DNA of 64,000 nt, from positions 12,476 to 76,475 of the forward strand of contig CACBON010000005.1 of the NCBI GenBank assembly GCA_902540805.1, in the 5' to 3' direction. The notes under the pieces were generated by a model. It was not told where the DNA came from, ran no database searches, and saw nothing but the letters and a program-made list of their open reading frames with translations. Shown here one piece after another: positions 1 to 10,081 of the stretch (position 1 is the first letter of the stretch; each line of letters begins with the position of its first letter). Origin of the DNA: an uncultured Alphaproteobacteria bacterium. Its GTDB lineage: Bacteria; Pseudomonadota; Alphaproteobacteria; Methylaequorales; Methylaequoraceae. Made by a program: the position numbers and the translations under genes.

Positions 1-1689
1 AGCATTTTTATGCCAATTATTTTTTTAGAGGGAGACACTGCCAAGTTATTTTTAGAATTATCAATAACAATTATTTCTGCTGTTTTTTTTTCTACAATAG
101 TATCAATTACGCTAACACCAATGCTATGTTCAAAAATTTTAGATCATTCAAAACAAAAAAAAAAATCCAAACCCTTTCTAGAATTTTATTTAAAATTACT
201 AAAATTTCTTCTTCAAAATAAGTTTATTTATGTATTAATAATTATTCCAATAATCTTCTTTTCCTATAATCTTTATAAAAAAATCTCTAAAGAATTCGCT
301 CCCCAAGAAGATAGAGGGGTTTTTATAATGGTGATGGAGTCTCCAGAAGGAAGTACTTTTGAAAACACTGTTAATCAGATGCTTAAGTTGGAAGAAAAAT
401 TAATCAATTTGAATGAAAACAATGAAGCCAAAAGGATTTTATTAAGAGTACCTAGAAGTTTTTCGGGCACAGAAAACTTTAGTGATGGTTTAGGAATTAT
501 AGTCCTGAATCATTGGGACGAACGCAGAAAAATTTGGGAAATAATAAAGGATTTCAGGATGGCTTCAAAAGATATCACTGATTCAAATATTATAATTTTT
601 CCTCCAAGAGGCTTGGGACAAAGAAGATCAGGCCAGCAACTTCAATTTGTTATATCTGGAGATAATTATTCAGACATAAATAGGAATATGAGTATTATAT
701 TAGATGAATTAAAAACAAATGAAAACTTTCTTTTTACAAGAATTGACTACAAAAAGAATAGACCTCAACTTAGAGTTAAAATTGATAGAAATAAGTCCTC
801 TGATCTTAAAGTAACGAATAGTGAGATTGGGAGGACTCTCGAAATACTTCTTGCAGGAAGGAAAATCAATACTTTCATAGAAAATGGTGAGGAATATTAT
901 GTTATAGTTCAATCAAAAAAAGAGAATCGAAAGAATATAAAAAATATAGGCGCATTTGAAGTAAAAAATTTAGACGGAAGATATATAAGGTTAGATAATT
1001 TACTGGAATTTAAAGAAGTAACTGAAGCAAAAGAGTTAAATAGATACAATAAAATGAGGTCGATAACGCTAAGCGCAGGTCTCAAAAAAGGATATTCGCT
1101 TGGAGAAGCCATTGAATATCTTGAAAAAATCTCAAAGGATAAACTTAAAGGAAATTATAAAATTGACTTTAAAGGACAAAGCAAAGAATACAAAAAATCA
1201 ATGAATCAATTTTACTTTTTATTTCTTGTTTCTATTTTGTTTGTTTATCTAGTTTTATGCGCACAGTTTGAGAGTTTTAAATTTCCACTAATAATAATGT
1301 TATCAGTTCCATTGACATTAATGGCACCACTCGCGGCAATTATTCTTTTTGAAAATTCATTAAATATCTTTAGTCAAATTGGATTAATAATTCTAATCGG
1401 TATTTCGGCTAAAAACGGTATTTTAATTGTTGAGTTTGCAAGGCAGATGAAAATAAAAGGAAAAAATTCCTACAACTCCATAATTGATGCATGTAAAATG
1501 AGATTTAGACCGATTATCATGACAGGCTTTTCAACTGTAATTGGGATAGCTCCACTTCTTATTGGATCTGGAGCAGGCTATGAATCTAGACTTACCATTG
1601 GAATAGTTTTGGTTACAGGTATAATTTTCTCAATAATTCTAACTTTACTTTTCACTCCATTTTTTTTTAAAGTTTTAGATAAAGATTAG
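1..1689 (+). CDS. RND efflux transporter permease (AcrB/AcrD/AcrF family), C-terminal part; 5' end lies outside the window
   Basis: The frame is open back to nt 1 (agc att ttt ATG). A periplasmic loop is followed by a C-terminal TM bundle with RND-type motifs (GISAKNGILIVEFA, RFRPIIMTGFSTV). Confidence 0.85.
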   Translation, partial: SIFMPIIFLEGDTAKLFLELSITIISAVFFSTIVSITLTPMLCSKILDHSKQKKKSKPFLEFYLKLLKFLLQNKFIYVLIIIPIIFFSYNLYKKISKEFAPQEDRGVFIMVMESPEGSTFENTVNQMLKLEEKLINLNENNEAKRILLRVPRSFSGTENFSDGLGIIVLNHWDERRKIWEIIKDFRMASKDITDSNIIIFPPRGLGQRRSGQQLQFVISGDNYSDINRNMSIILDELKTNENFLFTRIDYKKNRPQLRVKIDRNKSSDLKVTNSEIGRTLEILLAGRKINTFIENGEEYYVIVQSKKENRKNIKNIGAFEVKNLDGRYIRLDNLLEFKEVTEAKELNRYNKMRSITLSAGLKKGYSLGEAIEYLEKISKDKLKGNYKIDFKGQSKEYKKSMNQFYFLFLVSILFVYLVLCAQFESFKFPLIIMLSVPLTLMAPLAAIILFENSLNIFSQIGLIILIGISAKNGILIVEFARQMKIKGKNSYNSIIDACKMRFRPIIMTGFSTVIGIAPLLIGSGAGYESRLTIGIVLVTGIIFSIILTLLFTPFFFKVLDKD

Positions 1690-1697
1690 TGAAATAA

Positions 1698-3350
1698 TTA
1701 GAATCTAATTTCTTGAAAGTTATTTTCATCAAAAAAATTTTCATCAACTTCAAATTCGTCTAGACTCAAGGAATAATAATTATTAAACCATGCTTTTATT
1801 TTTTTATGAATTTTAGCATCGTATGTTAAATTTAAACATTTTGTGGATGTTTTCATATGGCGTAAAATCTTACCTTTTTTGACAATTTCATTACCGTTTT
1901 TAAAAACATATTCGGCGGATCTAAACATCTCATCGATCGGTTTATTAGGATTATAAATAGATATGTCAGCTACCGAACCAGGCTTTAAAGAACCTCTGTC
2001 CTTTAAACCTAAAATTTTTGCTGGAGCAGCTCGTGTCATTATAACAATTTCATATAGATTATAGGTTCTCTTTATTGATTTTATGTTGCCAATTTCTTTG
2101 GCACTAATATTAATCTTATCTATTTCCGAATTTCTAAAATCCGAGTCCATTAATAGCCTTATCAATTCAGGGTAGGATGTGAATGGTGCACCATTAGGAT
2201 GATCAGTTGTTAAAAAAACTCTCCAGGGATCTTTTATCATTAAAAAGAGTTCCAGACCAATCGACCATTGAAGTGCATTTACAAAATTTTTTTGCTTATA
2301 TTCATACGGTATTATACCCCCTCCTCCATCTTCAACTTCAGAAATTACCCATTTTTTTGGATGTGCATTTGATTTAGCTTGATTTTGTTTCCAAATATCT
2401 GACGAAATTGTAAGAGTTGGTTTGAACATAACTTGTCCAATATCAACTGAAATGTTTTGGTTTTGATTAACCTTTTCAGCTAATCTCAACGCTCCAGACG
2501 AAAAACCTCTCTTTCCCTCATCTGCATAACCATAAAATTGGATATGCGCTAAATGCATTCTTCTCCCCTGAGCTGCATCTATTGTGTCTATTATAGAATC
2601 GACATTTCCTGCCATTCCAAGATTATTACAATGTACATGAATTGGATGAGGAATTCGTAAATTTTCGTTTGAAATATTTAGAGCCTCAAGAATTTTTCTA
2701 GAACTAACACCATATTGCGGTACTATATCATCTAAACCAAAATTTTCAGATTCTCCTTTGTATTTAAATAATTCGGTTCCTCCAGCATTTATAACCTTAA
2801 GACCTATGCTTTTTGAAGAGTTGACATTCCATGCAACGTAATCGTCAATATAGGATTGTCCTCTTTCTTGGTTTAAAGCATCAAGTAAAAAATTATCATT
2901 TCCAACTATAGCAAGACAACCTTTGTCAATCATGGGTATTTTTTCTAATTCTAATTGCGTTAAAAAGGAGTTAATAGGTGTTACCGCGGGTTCTATAACT
3001 GTTGTAAAACCCATTTCTGCATATCTATACCCAGTACCTTCTGAAGTCCATCTAGAATTGAATCCAGGTAAAGAACTTTTTCTTTTAAGATTATTTTCTA
3101 GAAAGTTGGAATGAATTTCTGGAGATAAAAGTCTTGCGTTATTTACATTTCCACCTGCTATATGTGAATGTATATCTATCCCCCCTGCCATAACAACCAT
3201 ACCCTTGACATCATAAACAATATTATATTTTGAAGACTCTGCAGGAGAAGGATTTGTAATAAGTCCGTTCTCAACGTAGATATCTTGAATTTTTCCATTT
3301 AATTTTTGTGTAGGATCGATAACTTTCCCATTTACGATTTTAAATTTCAT
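1698..3350 (-). CDS. FwdA/FhcA-like amidohydrolase (formylmethanofuran dehydrogenase subunit A family), stand-alone
   Basis: The track ORF is 1698-3413; the more plausible start is ATG 3350 (MKFKIVNGKVIDP). It has the amidohydrolase metal motif GGIDIHSHIAGGNVNNARLLSPE and is collinear with FwdA-type proteins. No fwdB/C/D-like genes are nearby. Confidence 0.75.
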   Translation of the reverse strand: MKFKIVNGKVIDPTQKLNGKIQDIYVENGLITNPSPAESSKYNIVYDVKGMVVMAGGIDIHSHIAGGNVNNARLLSPEIHSNFLENNLKRKSSLPGFNSRWTSEGTGYRYAEMGFTTVIEPAVTPINSFLTQLELEKIPMIDKGCLAIVGNDNFLLDALNQERGQSYIDDYVAWNVNSSKSIGLKVINAGGTELFKYKGESENFGLDDIVPQYGVSSRKILEALNISNENLRIPHPIHVHCNNLGMAGNVDSIIDTIDAAQGRRMHLAHIQFYGYADEGKRGFSSGALRLAEKVNQNQNISVDIGQVMFKPTLTISSDIWKQNQAKSNAHPKKWVISEVEDGGGGIIPYEYKQKNFVNALQWSIGLELFLMIKDPWRVFLTTDHPNGAPFTSYPELIRLLMDSDFRNSEIDKINISAKEIGNIKSIKRTYNLYEIVIMTRAAPAKILGLKDRGSLKPGSVADISIYNPNKPIDEMFRSAEYVFKNGNEIVKKGKILRHMKTSTKCLNLTYDAKIHKKIKAWFNNYYSLSLDEFEVDENFFDENNFQEIRF

Positions 3351-3455
3351 TTTGCAAATTTTACGTTTAAGTAGTATTAAATATATTACTTTAAATTTTT
3401 TTTTTAAACACAAGATAATTTATATAAATATACTAATTTTGAAAAGAAAGTAATC

Positions 3456-4064
3456 ATGGACTCAAGCTCTCCTAAGAATGTTAAAATAGCATTGCAAAAC
3501 AAAGTTACAAGAAAAGAAGCAGAAAAAGCGGTTGAAACACTTATTAAGTGGGCTGGAGACGATCCAGAAAGAGAAGGTTTGCGTGAAACGCCAAAAAGAG
3601 TGATTAATGCATTTGAAGAGTTTTTTTCTGGATACAAAGAATCTGCTGAAAAGTATCTTTCCAAAACTTTTGAGGATGTTCAAGGTTACCAAGACATGGT
3701 AATGCTCAAAGACATTCCATTTAATTCACACTGTGAACATCATATGGTTCCAATTATCGGCATTGCACATATCGCATACATACCTACAAAAAAAGTGGTC
3801 GGCATTTCTAAACTGGCAAGAACAGTTGAAATTTATGCCAGAAGACTTCAAACACAAGAAACCATGACACAACAAATAGCATCATCTATTCACAGTGCCT
3901 TGAAACCAAAAGGTGTTGCAGTTTTCATAAAAGCAATTCATCAATGCATGACAACTAGGGGAGTTGAAAAACCAAATGTATCGACAATTACAAATACTTT
4001 TCTAGGTAATTTTAAAACAAACAATGATCTTCAAAGACAATTTTTAAATTACATTTCAAATTGA
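3456..4064 (+). CDS. folE: GTP cyclohydrolase I
   Basis: REGLRETPKRV and the active-site block HCEHHMVPIIG are present. The 202-aa length is typical. Confidence 0.95.
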   Translation: MDSSSPKNVKIALQNKVTRKEAEKAVETLIKWAGDDPEREGLRETPKRVINAFEEFFSGYKESAEKYLSKTFEDVQGYQDMVMLKDIPFNSHCEHHMVPIIGIAHIAYIPTKKVVGISKLARTVEIYARRLQTQETMTQQIASSIHSALKPKGVAVFIKAIHQCMTTRGVEKPNVSTITNTFLGNFKTNNDLQRQFLNYISN

Positions 4065-4537
4065 TGATTAAAGAATTTTCTATAAGAAAATCCGTAGAAG
4101 AGGTTGAAGAGGGTCAAACTCTTCAACCAAAATTTGACCAGAATAATTTAATTCCTGTTATTACCGTAGACAAGTCAAATAATGAAATATTAATGCATGG
4201 ATATATGAATCAAGAAGCTTTCAGACTGTCAATGCAAACAAAAGAAGCTCATTATTGGTCTCGAAGTAGAAAATGCATCTGGAAAAAGGGTGAAACTAGT
4301 GGGTTAACTCAAAAAATTAAAGAAATTAAAATAGACGATGACCAAGATTGTGTAATTTTTAAAGTTGAACTCGGTGGTTTACAGGCTAGTTGTCATGTTG
4401 GTTATAAATCGTGTTTTTATAGAAAACTAACCTCAGGAGAAGGTCAGTATATTGATAAACTCGAGTTTACAGAAAAAAAAAAAGTCTTTGATCCGTTACA
4501 GGTTTATGGCAATAGTCCTAACCCTACAAAGTTATAA
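4064..4537 (+). CDS. hisI: phosphoribosyl-AMP cyclohydrolase (monofunctional HisI)
   Basis: Motifs YWSRSR..IWKKGETSG and DCDQD-like DDDQDCVIFKVE...SCHVGYKSCFY are present. ATG 4064 overlaps the folE TGA (TGATG). The track start at 4061 is a TTG one codon upstream. Confidence 0.9.
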   Translation: MIKEFSIRKSVEEVEEGQTLQPKFDQNNLIPVITVDKSNNEILMHGYMNQEAFRLSMQTKEAHYWSRSRKCIWKKGETSGLTQKIKEIKIDDDQDCVIFKVELGGLQASCHVGYKSCFYRKLTSGEGQYIDKLEFTEKKKVFDPLQVYGNSPNPTKL

Positions 4538-4569
4538 CTAATACCCAAACCTTATTTTCTTTTTATATT

Positions 4570-4581
4570 CAACAATTGTTG
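4570..4581. repeat. 12-bp perfect palindrome CAACAATTGTTG nested in the ATTCAA/TTGAAT dyad, upstream of the aldehyde dehydrogenase gene
   Basis: Read directly from the sequence. It lies 64-75 nt upstream of ATG 4645 and overlaps a possible -35 (TTGTAA 4579-4584), a 16-nt spacer and a -10 (TACAAT 4601-4606). Confidence 0.5.
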
Positions 4582-4644
4582 TAATTGAATATCACTGTGT
4601 TACAATTTATAGAGTTTATTTAATATTTATTGGAGGAAGTAAAA

Positions 4645-6162
4645 ATGGACGCATCAATTCTTAATTACACAGTAAACGACAATGTTGCAAAGTTTTTAAA
4701 CCAAACACAAAAGCTTTACATTAACGGCAAATGGGTCGATTCTAAATCAGGAAAAACCTTTGACGTTGAAGACCCTGCTACTGGCAAGAAAATATCAACT
4801 TGTGCGGCAGGAGACAAAAACGATATAGATTTAGCAGTATCAGCTGCGAGAAAATGCTTCGACTCGGGTAAGTGGCACAGTGTTCCACCGAATGAAAAAG
4901 GCAAGATAATATGGAAAATCGCTGAACTTATAGATGATCATACAGAGGAGCTTGCTCAGTTAGAATCTCTTGATAACGGTAAACCTGTTGCAATTGCAGC
5001 TGGTGCTGATGTTGCTCTCTCTTCTGACATTTTTAGATACATGGCAGGATGGGCAACAAAGATTGAAGGTGAAACCATACCCATTTCCGTACCATATACT
5101 CCTGGAGCACAATATCATAGTTACACACTCAGAGAACCTGTTGGAGTTGTTGGTCAAATAATACCTTGGAACTTTCCACTCTTAATGGCAGCTTGGAAAT
5201 TGTCAGTTGCTCTTGCGGCTGGATGTACAATAGTTTTAAAACCAGCTGAGCAAACTCCATTATCTGCATTAAGGTTAACTGAGATTATAAACGATTCGAA
5301 TCTTCTACCTGAAGGAGTATTAAATGTTGTAACTGGTTTAGGTGAAGATGCTGGAGCTCCTTTAGCTGCTCATCCACATGTTGACAAAGTTGCATTCACT
5401 GGCTCGACAGAAGTTGGTAAGCTGATTACAAAAGCTTCGGCAGGTAACTTAAAAAAAGTTTCACTTGAGCTTGGTGGAAAATCTCCAACTATAATCTTTC
5501 CAGATGCCGATATTGATGCAGCAATTGCTGGAGCTGCAAGTGCTATTTTTTTCAATCATGGACAATGTTGTTGTGCAGGATCGAGGTTAATGGCTCATGA
5601 GAAAGTTTTCGATCAAGTCACCGAAGGTATTTCAAAGATAGCTTCGAATATCAAAGTTGGTCCTGGAATGGACTCATCTTCAGAAATGGGGCCTTTAGTT
5701 TCAGACGAGCAATTTAAAAAAGTGTCAGGTTATATTGAATCTGGTAAATCCGAAGGTGGTGAAATCATTGCTGGTGGTAAGTATGATAACTCCTCGGGGG
5801 GACACTTTGTTCACCCAACTGTATTTGCTAAAACTGATAAAGACATGTCAATAGTCAAAGAAGAGATATTTGGTCCAGTACTTTGTGCTCAACCATTCTC
5901 TGATCAAGATCTAGACAAAATTGCAGAAGTAGCCAATAACACCACATTTGGTCTAGCTGCAAGTGTATGGAGTCAAAACATCAGCACAGCTCACAAGTTA
6001 GCTGCCAAAATAAGGGCAGGAACAGTTTGGGTAAATTGTCATAATATATTTGATGCGTCTCTGCCGTTTGGAGGATATAAAGAATCCGGATGGGGAAGAG
6101 AAATGGGTCATGAAGTTTTAAAAAACTATACAGAACTAAAAGCTGTAACTGTAAACCTCTAA
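4645..6162 (+). CDS. NAD(P)+-dependent aldehyde dehydrogenase
   Basis: ALDH motifs are present: IIPWNFPLLMAAWK, FTGSTEVGK, ELGGKSP and the catalytic Cys block GQCCCAGSR. The track start TTG 4630 is really the SD (GGAGGA 4632-4637) for ATG 4645. Confidence 0.9.
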   Translation: MDASILNYTVNDNVAKFLNQTQKLYINGKWVDSKSGKTFDVEDPATGKKISTCAAGDKNDIDLAVSAARKCFDSGKWHSVPPNEKGKIIWKIAELIDDHTEELAQLESLDNGKPVAIAAGADVALSSDIFRYMAGWATKIEGETIPISVPYTPGAQYHSYTLREPVGVVGQIIPWNFPLLMAAWKLSVALAAGCTIVLKPAEQTPLSALRLTEIINDSNLLPEGVLNVVTGLGEDAGAPLAAHPHVDKVAFTGSTEVGKLITKASAGNLKKVSLELGGKSPTIIFPDADIDAAIAGAASAIFFNHGQCCCAGSRLMAHEKVFDQVTEGISKIASNIKVGPGMDSSSEMGPLVSDEQFKKVSGYIESGKSEGGEIIAGGKYDNSSGGHFVHPTVFAKTDKDMSIVKEEIFGPVLCAQPFSDQDLDKIAEVANNTTFGLAASVWSQNISTAHKLAAKIRAGTVWVNCHNIFDASLPFGGYKESGWGREMGHEVLKNYTELKAVTVNL

Positions 6163-6170
6163 ATTAAAAA

Positions 6171-6200
6171 AAAGCCAAGCATCTCGATGCTTGGCTTTAA
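6171..6200 (+). terminator. rho-independent terminator-like hairpin after the aldehyde dehydrogenase gene
   Basis: AGCCAAGCAT-CTCG-ATGCTTGGCT forms a perfect 10-bp stem (6173-6196) followed by TTTAATAAA, starting 9 nt after the stop codon. Confidence 0.6.
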
Positions 6201-6212
6201 TAAAGCTAATAA

Positions 6213-6485
6213 TTGAGTAAAAAAATACTGTACGATAGATTTATTTTTTTAAATAAGTTGATAGCATTTAGTTTCTCCTTACTTATTCTTTCTTTTTACT
6301 TTGCATTTATTTTTATAATTGGGTTTAAACCAGAAATATTAGGTATTGTACTCAATAATAGCTATGTTACAGTTGGAATTGTTTGTGGACTTTCTATAAT
6401 TTTTTTTTCAATCATTCTTACATTAGTCTATACTCTAATCTCAAACAATTTCCTCGATAAAATTAAAGAAAAACTGAAAGAATGA
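6213..6485 (+). CDS. DUF485-type small inner-membrane protein (YjcH-like partner of ActP)
   Basis: It has two TM helices and is about 90 aa. It overlaps the downstream solute:sodium symporter by ATGA, which is the classic yjcH-actP arrangement. The start is TTG and uncertain. Confidence 0.65.
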   Translation: MSKKILYDRFIFLNKLIAFSFSLLILSFYFAFIFIIGFKPEILGIVLNNSYVTVGIVCGLSIIFFSIILTLVYTLISNNFLDKIKEKLKE

Positions 6486-8086
6486 TTTTTTTTTTTTCAA
6501 TAATTACAACCCTTCTTCCGTCGTTTGTTCTAGCAAGTAATAATGAAAGCAGTTACTTTGCAGCTATAATTTTTATTTTATTCGTTGTTGTTACACTTTT
6601 GATTACTTACTTTGCTTCAAAAAAAACGGATGTTAAAGAAAATTATTATGCTGCTGGAGGAAAAATTTCTGGATTTCAAAATGGTTTAGCTATAGCAGGT
6701 GATTATATGTCTGCAGCTTCATTCTTAGGAATTTCTGGATTAGTTTTTTATTCGGGTTTTGATGGATTGATTTATTCAATTGGTTTTTTAGTTGGATGGC
6801 CAATAATTCTGTTTTTAATTTCCGAAAGATTAAAAAACCTAGGTAAATTCACTTTTGCAGATATAACATCAATTCGATTAGAACAATCAAAGATTAGAAT
6901 GCTTTCTGCTACAGGAACATTAGTAACTATTACTTTATACTTAATTGCACAAATGGTTGGGGCAGGTTCACTTATACAGATACTATTTGGATTACCTTAT
7001 GAAGTTGCAGTATGGATTGTAGGTATTTTGATGATAATTTATGTTAGCTTTGGTGGAATGATTGCTACTACTTGGGTTCAAATCATCAAAGCTTTTTTAT
7101 TAATTTTTGGAGCATCAATCTTAGCCTTTTTAGTTTTTAAAGAATTTGCTTTTAATTTAAGTAGTTTATTGGAACAAGCAGTTAAGGTACATGAAAGTAA
7201 AATGGAAATATTATTTCCTGGAAAACTGATTGATGACCCCATATCAGCTTTTTCGCTGGGTATTGCATTAATTTTAGGTACTGCTGGTTTACCCCACATA
7301 TTAATGCGATTTTTTACAGTACCCGATGCTAAAAGTGCAAGGATCTCAGCACTTTATGCAACCACATTTATTGGATATTTTTACATCCTTACTTTTGTAA
7401 TAGGTTTTGGTGCAATTGTGTTCTTATCCGATAACTCTATTTATCTAAATGAGAGCGGTAAATTGATTGGTTCAAATAATATGGCAGCAATACATTTGTC
7501 ACATTCAATAGGAGGCGATGTTTTTCTTGGATTTATATCAGCAGTGGCATTTGCGACAATATTAGCAGTTGTTTCTGGACTTACGTTAGCAGGTGCTTCA
7601 GCAATTGGGAGAGATTTATTTGTTTATGTTATAAAAAAGGGTAATGCAGACGAAAGAACTGAATTAAAAGTTTCTAAAGTGTCGAGCGTTGTTATAGGTA
7701 TAATTGCTATTGTTCTTGGAATATTTTTTGAGGGGCAAAACGTAGCTTTTATGGTTGGCTTGGCGTTCGCAGTTGCAGCAAGTACAAATTTCCCAATTCT
7801 TTTTCTTACAATTATATGGAAAAATTTAACTACAAAAGGTGCTTATTATGGTGGTATGATTGGTCTTTTAACTACAATAGCATTAGTTATATTAGGACCA
7901 ACAATATGGGTAGAGGTATTCGGTTTTAAGAAAGCCATTTTTCCATATAAATACCCAGCAATCTTTACAGTAAGTATTTCGTTCTTGGCAATATTTGTAA
8001 TTTCAATTATGGATAAAACAACAAAAAAAACTGAGAATCATAAAAAATTTGAAAAGCTTACCAGAAAAGCTTATCTAGGGGAGTAA
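6482..8086 (+). CDS. actP: solute:sodium symporter family, cation/acetate symporter ActP-like
   Basis: It has about 13 TM helices and SSS-family blocks ([37 protein letters not shown]). It is coupled to a DUF485 gene. Confidence 0.85.
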   Translation: MIFFFSIITTLLPSFVLASNNESSYFAAIIFILFVVVTLLITYFASKKTDVKENYYAAGGKISGFQNGLAIAGDYMSAASFLGISGLVFYSGFDGLIYSIGFLVGWPIILFLISERLKNLGKFTFADITSIRLEQSKIRMLSATGTLVTITLYLIAQMVGAGSLIQILFGLPYEVAVWIVGILMIIYVSFGGMIATTWVQIIKAFLLIFGASILAFLVFKEFAFNLSSLLEQAVKVHESKMEILFPGKLIDDPISAFSLGIALILGTAGLPHILMRFFTVPDAKSARISALYATTFIGYFYILTFVIGFGAIVFLSDNSIYLNESGKLIGSNNMAAIHLSHSIGGDVFLGFISAVAFATILAVVSGLTLAGASAIGRDLFVYVIKKGNADERTELKVSKVSSVVIGIIAIVLGIFFEGQNVAFMVGLAFAVAASTNFPILFLTIIWKNLTTKGAYYGGMIGLLTTIALVILGPTIWVEVFGFKKAIFPYKYPAIFTVSISFLAIFVISIMDKTTKKTENHKKFEKLTRKAYLGE

Positions 8087-8090
8087 CAAG

Positions 8091-8360
8091 TTGCTTTTTC
8101 TAAATATTAACGAGCCAACCCCGAGTGAAATAAGAGAATGGATGAAATTAAATAATTTAAATATTAGAAATGCATCAGATGCATTAGGAGTTAGTAAAAG
8201 GCAGTTTTCGAGAATCTTATCTGGAGAATCCAAAGCAAAAAGATTACATGCACTTGCGATGCAAATGGTATGGCTCATCAATGAAAATAAAAAAAAGATT
8301 ATAGATGAAAACCAAAATAAAACCTTATCAAAAAAAACTATAAAGATTCCAATTCGTTAA
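8091..8360 (+). CDS. small helix-turn-helix (XRE/Cro-like) DNA-binding protein, hypothetical
   Basis: The HTH-like segment is IRNASDALGVSKRQFSRILSGE. The start is TTG. The ORF on the opposite strand (8075-8281) looks nonsensical. Confidence 0.45.
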   Translation: MLFLNINEPTPSEIREWMKLNNLNIRNASDALGVSKRQFSRILSGESKAKRLHALAMQMVWLINENKKKIIDENQNKTLSKKTIKIPIR

Positions 8361-8365
8361 ATAAA

Positions 8366-9283
8366 TTAGTCTTTGAAGAGAAGAAAATTCATTCTTTTAT
8401 TTTCATATCTTACTTTTTTTATGATATCTAGAATAAGTCCTGAGAAAAAGCTAAGAAAACAGAGTATCATAAGAAAGCCAGCCAATATAGCTGAAGGAAT
8501 CCTTTCTACAAGACCGGTATAGTAGAATTCTGTTACGACTGGCACGCCTATAAATAAGGACAAAGAAAGAAAGATTAAACTAAACATACTAAAAAATAAA
8601 AGTGGTTTTTCGTCTTTTATTAGAATTAATATGAGTTTAAGTATTTTAGTACCATCTTTAAATGTATTTAGTTTACTAAAAGAACCTTCAGTTCTTGCGC
8701 TATAGTTGCATTCATATTCAGAAACTGCTAGTTTCTGCTCTAAAGCATGAATTGTAAGTTCAGCTTCAATCTCAAATTCGTCTGAATATACAGGAAAAGT
8801 TTTAACGAATCTTTTTGAAAAAACTCTTAATCCAGAAAAAATGTCAGTTATGTTTTTACCAAAAAAGAGATTAACAAAATTTGAAAAAAATTTGTTACCA
8901 ATTACGTGACCTTTCCTGTAAGCTTGCGTATCTTTATGGACTCTTTTTCCTACAATCATGTCGTAATTAAATTTTTCCATTAATTCAAGCATCTTGTTTA
9001 AATTTGATAAATCGTAAGTATTATCTCCATCTACCATTACGAAATAATCAGCATCAATTTTATCGGAAAACATGCTTCTTACAACATTCCCTTTACCCTT
9101 TTTGTTTATAAACCTCACTTCGACACCATTTTTTTTTGCAATCTGAACAGACTGATCCTTTGATCCGTTGTCATAAACAATAATTCTTGATTTGGGTGTT
9201 ATTTTTTTTATTTGTTTAATAACATTTGCTATCCCTTTCTCTTCGTTGAGACAAGGAATTTGTACGACAATTTTTTTTTTCAT
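8366..9283 (-). CDS. family 2 glycosyltransferase with C-terminal membrane anchor (polyprenyl-phosphate sugar synthase-like)
   Basis: It has VQIPCLNEE, the DGD (DxD) motif VMVDGDNTYD, and two C-terminal TM helices. Confidence 0.8.
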   Translation of the reverse strand: MKKKIVVQIPCLNEEKGIANVIKQIKKITPKSRIIVYDNGSKDQSVQIAKKNGVEVRFINKKGKGNVVRSMFSDKIDADYFVMVDGDNTYDLSNLNKMLELMEKFNYDMIVGKRVHKDTQAYRKGHVIGNKFFSNFVNLFFGKNITDIFSGLRVFSKRFVKTFPVYSDEFEIEAELTIHALEQKLAVSEYECNYSARTEGSFSKLNTFKDGTKILKLILILIKDEKPLLFFSMFSLIFLSLSLFIGVPVVTEFYYTGLVERIPSAILAGFLMILCFLSFFSGLILDIIKKVRYENKRMNFLLFKD

Positions 9284-10041
9284 TACTTAGTAATAAATAG
9301 AAATTTATTATTTTTGTTATCAAATTCATAAAATTTGAATTTAAACTGATTGAATTTTTTTATTTTTTCGAGACATGTGATTTTATTTGAAATGATATAG
9401 TTAGCCATCGCGCCTCGCATCTTTTTTATAACCATACCGATACCTGCTAACTTTTCGTTTTTTACTTTTTTAAAATCAAAACTAATCACTTCATTTTCTA
9501 TTTTTTCAAAATTAATGACTGAAGAATATTCATTAGATGAGAGATTAAAAAGAAAATTGAATTTATTATCTTTTATCTCCTTATTAAGAGTAGATGTTAA
9601 TTTATTGCTCCAAAATTTGTATAAATCTTTACCAATTAAATCATTGATTTTAACACCCATTTCGAGTCTGTAAGGTTCTATTAAATCAAATGGTTTCAAT
9701 ATTCCATATAATCCTGATAGAATTCTGAGCCTTTTCTGTGCGTACTTTAGACAAGAAGAATCAAGTGATCTGATTGATAATCCATTAAAGGTATCACCAG
9801 AAAAAATAAAAGCGGCGGCTTTTCTTATGTTTGATTTTTTAGATATATTTTTAAATCTATCAAAATTTATTTTAGCCAAAGAATCACTTATTTTCATTAA
9901 AGATTTTATTTGGTTAGCATTTAGATTTTTAATTTTTTTTGATAGCTGTCTTGATTCAGATAAAAATTGAGGTTCAGAATGATTGATTTTGAGAACTTCT
10001 TCGTTCAAATCTAAGTTTTTAGATGGTGAGATAATAATCAT
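9283..10041 (-). CDS. yaaA: YaaA-family (UPF0246) peroxide-stress protein
   Basis: It begins MIIISPSK, and the LYGILKPFDLIEPYRLEM block is characteristic of YaaA. Confidence 0.85.
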   Translation of the reverse strand: MIIISPSKNLDLNEEVLKINHSEPQFLSESRQLSKKIKNLNANQIKSLMKISDSLAKINFDRFKNISKKSNIRKAAAFIFSGDTFNGLSIRSLDSSCLKYAQKRLRILSGLYGILKPFDLIEPYRLEMGVKINDLIGKDLYKFWSNKLTSTLNKEIKDNKFNFLFNLSSNEYSSVINFEKIENEVISFDFKKVKNEKLAGIGMVIKKMRGAMANYIISNKITCLEKIKKFNQFKFKFYEFDNKNNKFLFITK

Positions 10042-10081
10042 AAGTATATGATATAATATTATTAATAAAAAATTAAATATA

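Noticed and set aside
3351-3455. A possible THF-type riboswitch upstream of folE, and similar structured leaders upstream of rne (34191-34328) and iscS (22298-22408).
   Set aside because: These spacers are almost pure A/T with only short, weak AT hairpins. I could not recognise any conserved aptamer-like G/C-containing helices. A covariance-model scan would be needed to be certain.
4630-4644. Upstream TTG/GTG start codons proposed by the ORF track. Examples are 4630 for ALDH, 16103 for cytochrome c, 61007 for pdxH, 3413 for the FwdA-like gene, 17491 for mnmA, 57332 for thiG and 48275 for clpA.
   Set aside because: At 4630 and 16103 the extension overlaps or lies just upstream of a GGAGGA Shine-Dalgarno sequence that serves a downstream ATG. 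In the other cases the extension runs into the upstream gene or adds residues absent from homologues, so I chose the downstream ATG.
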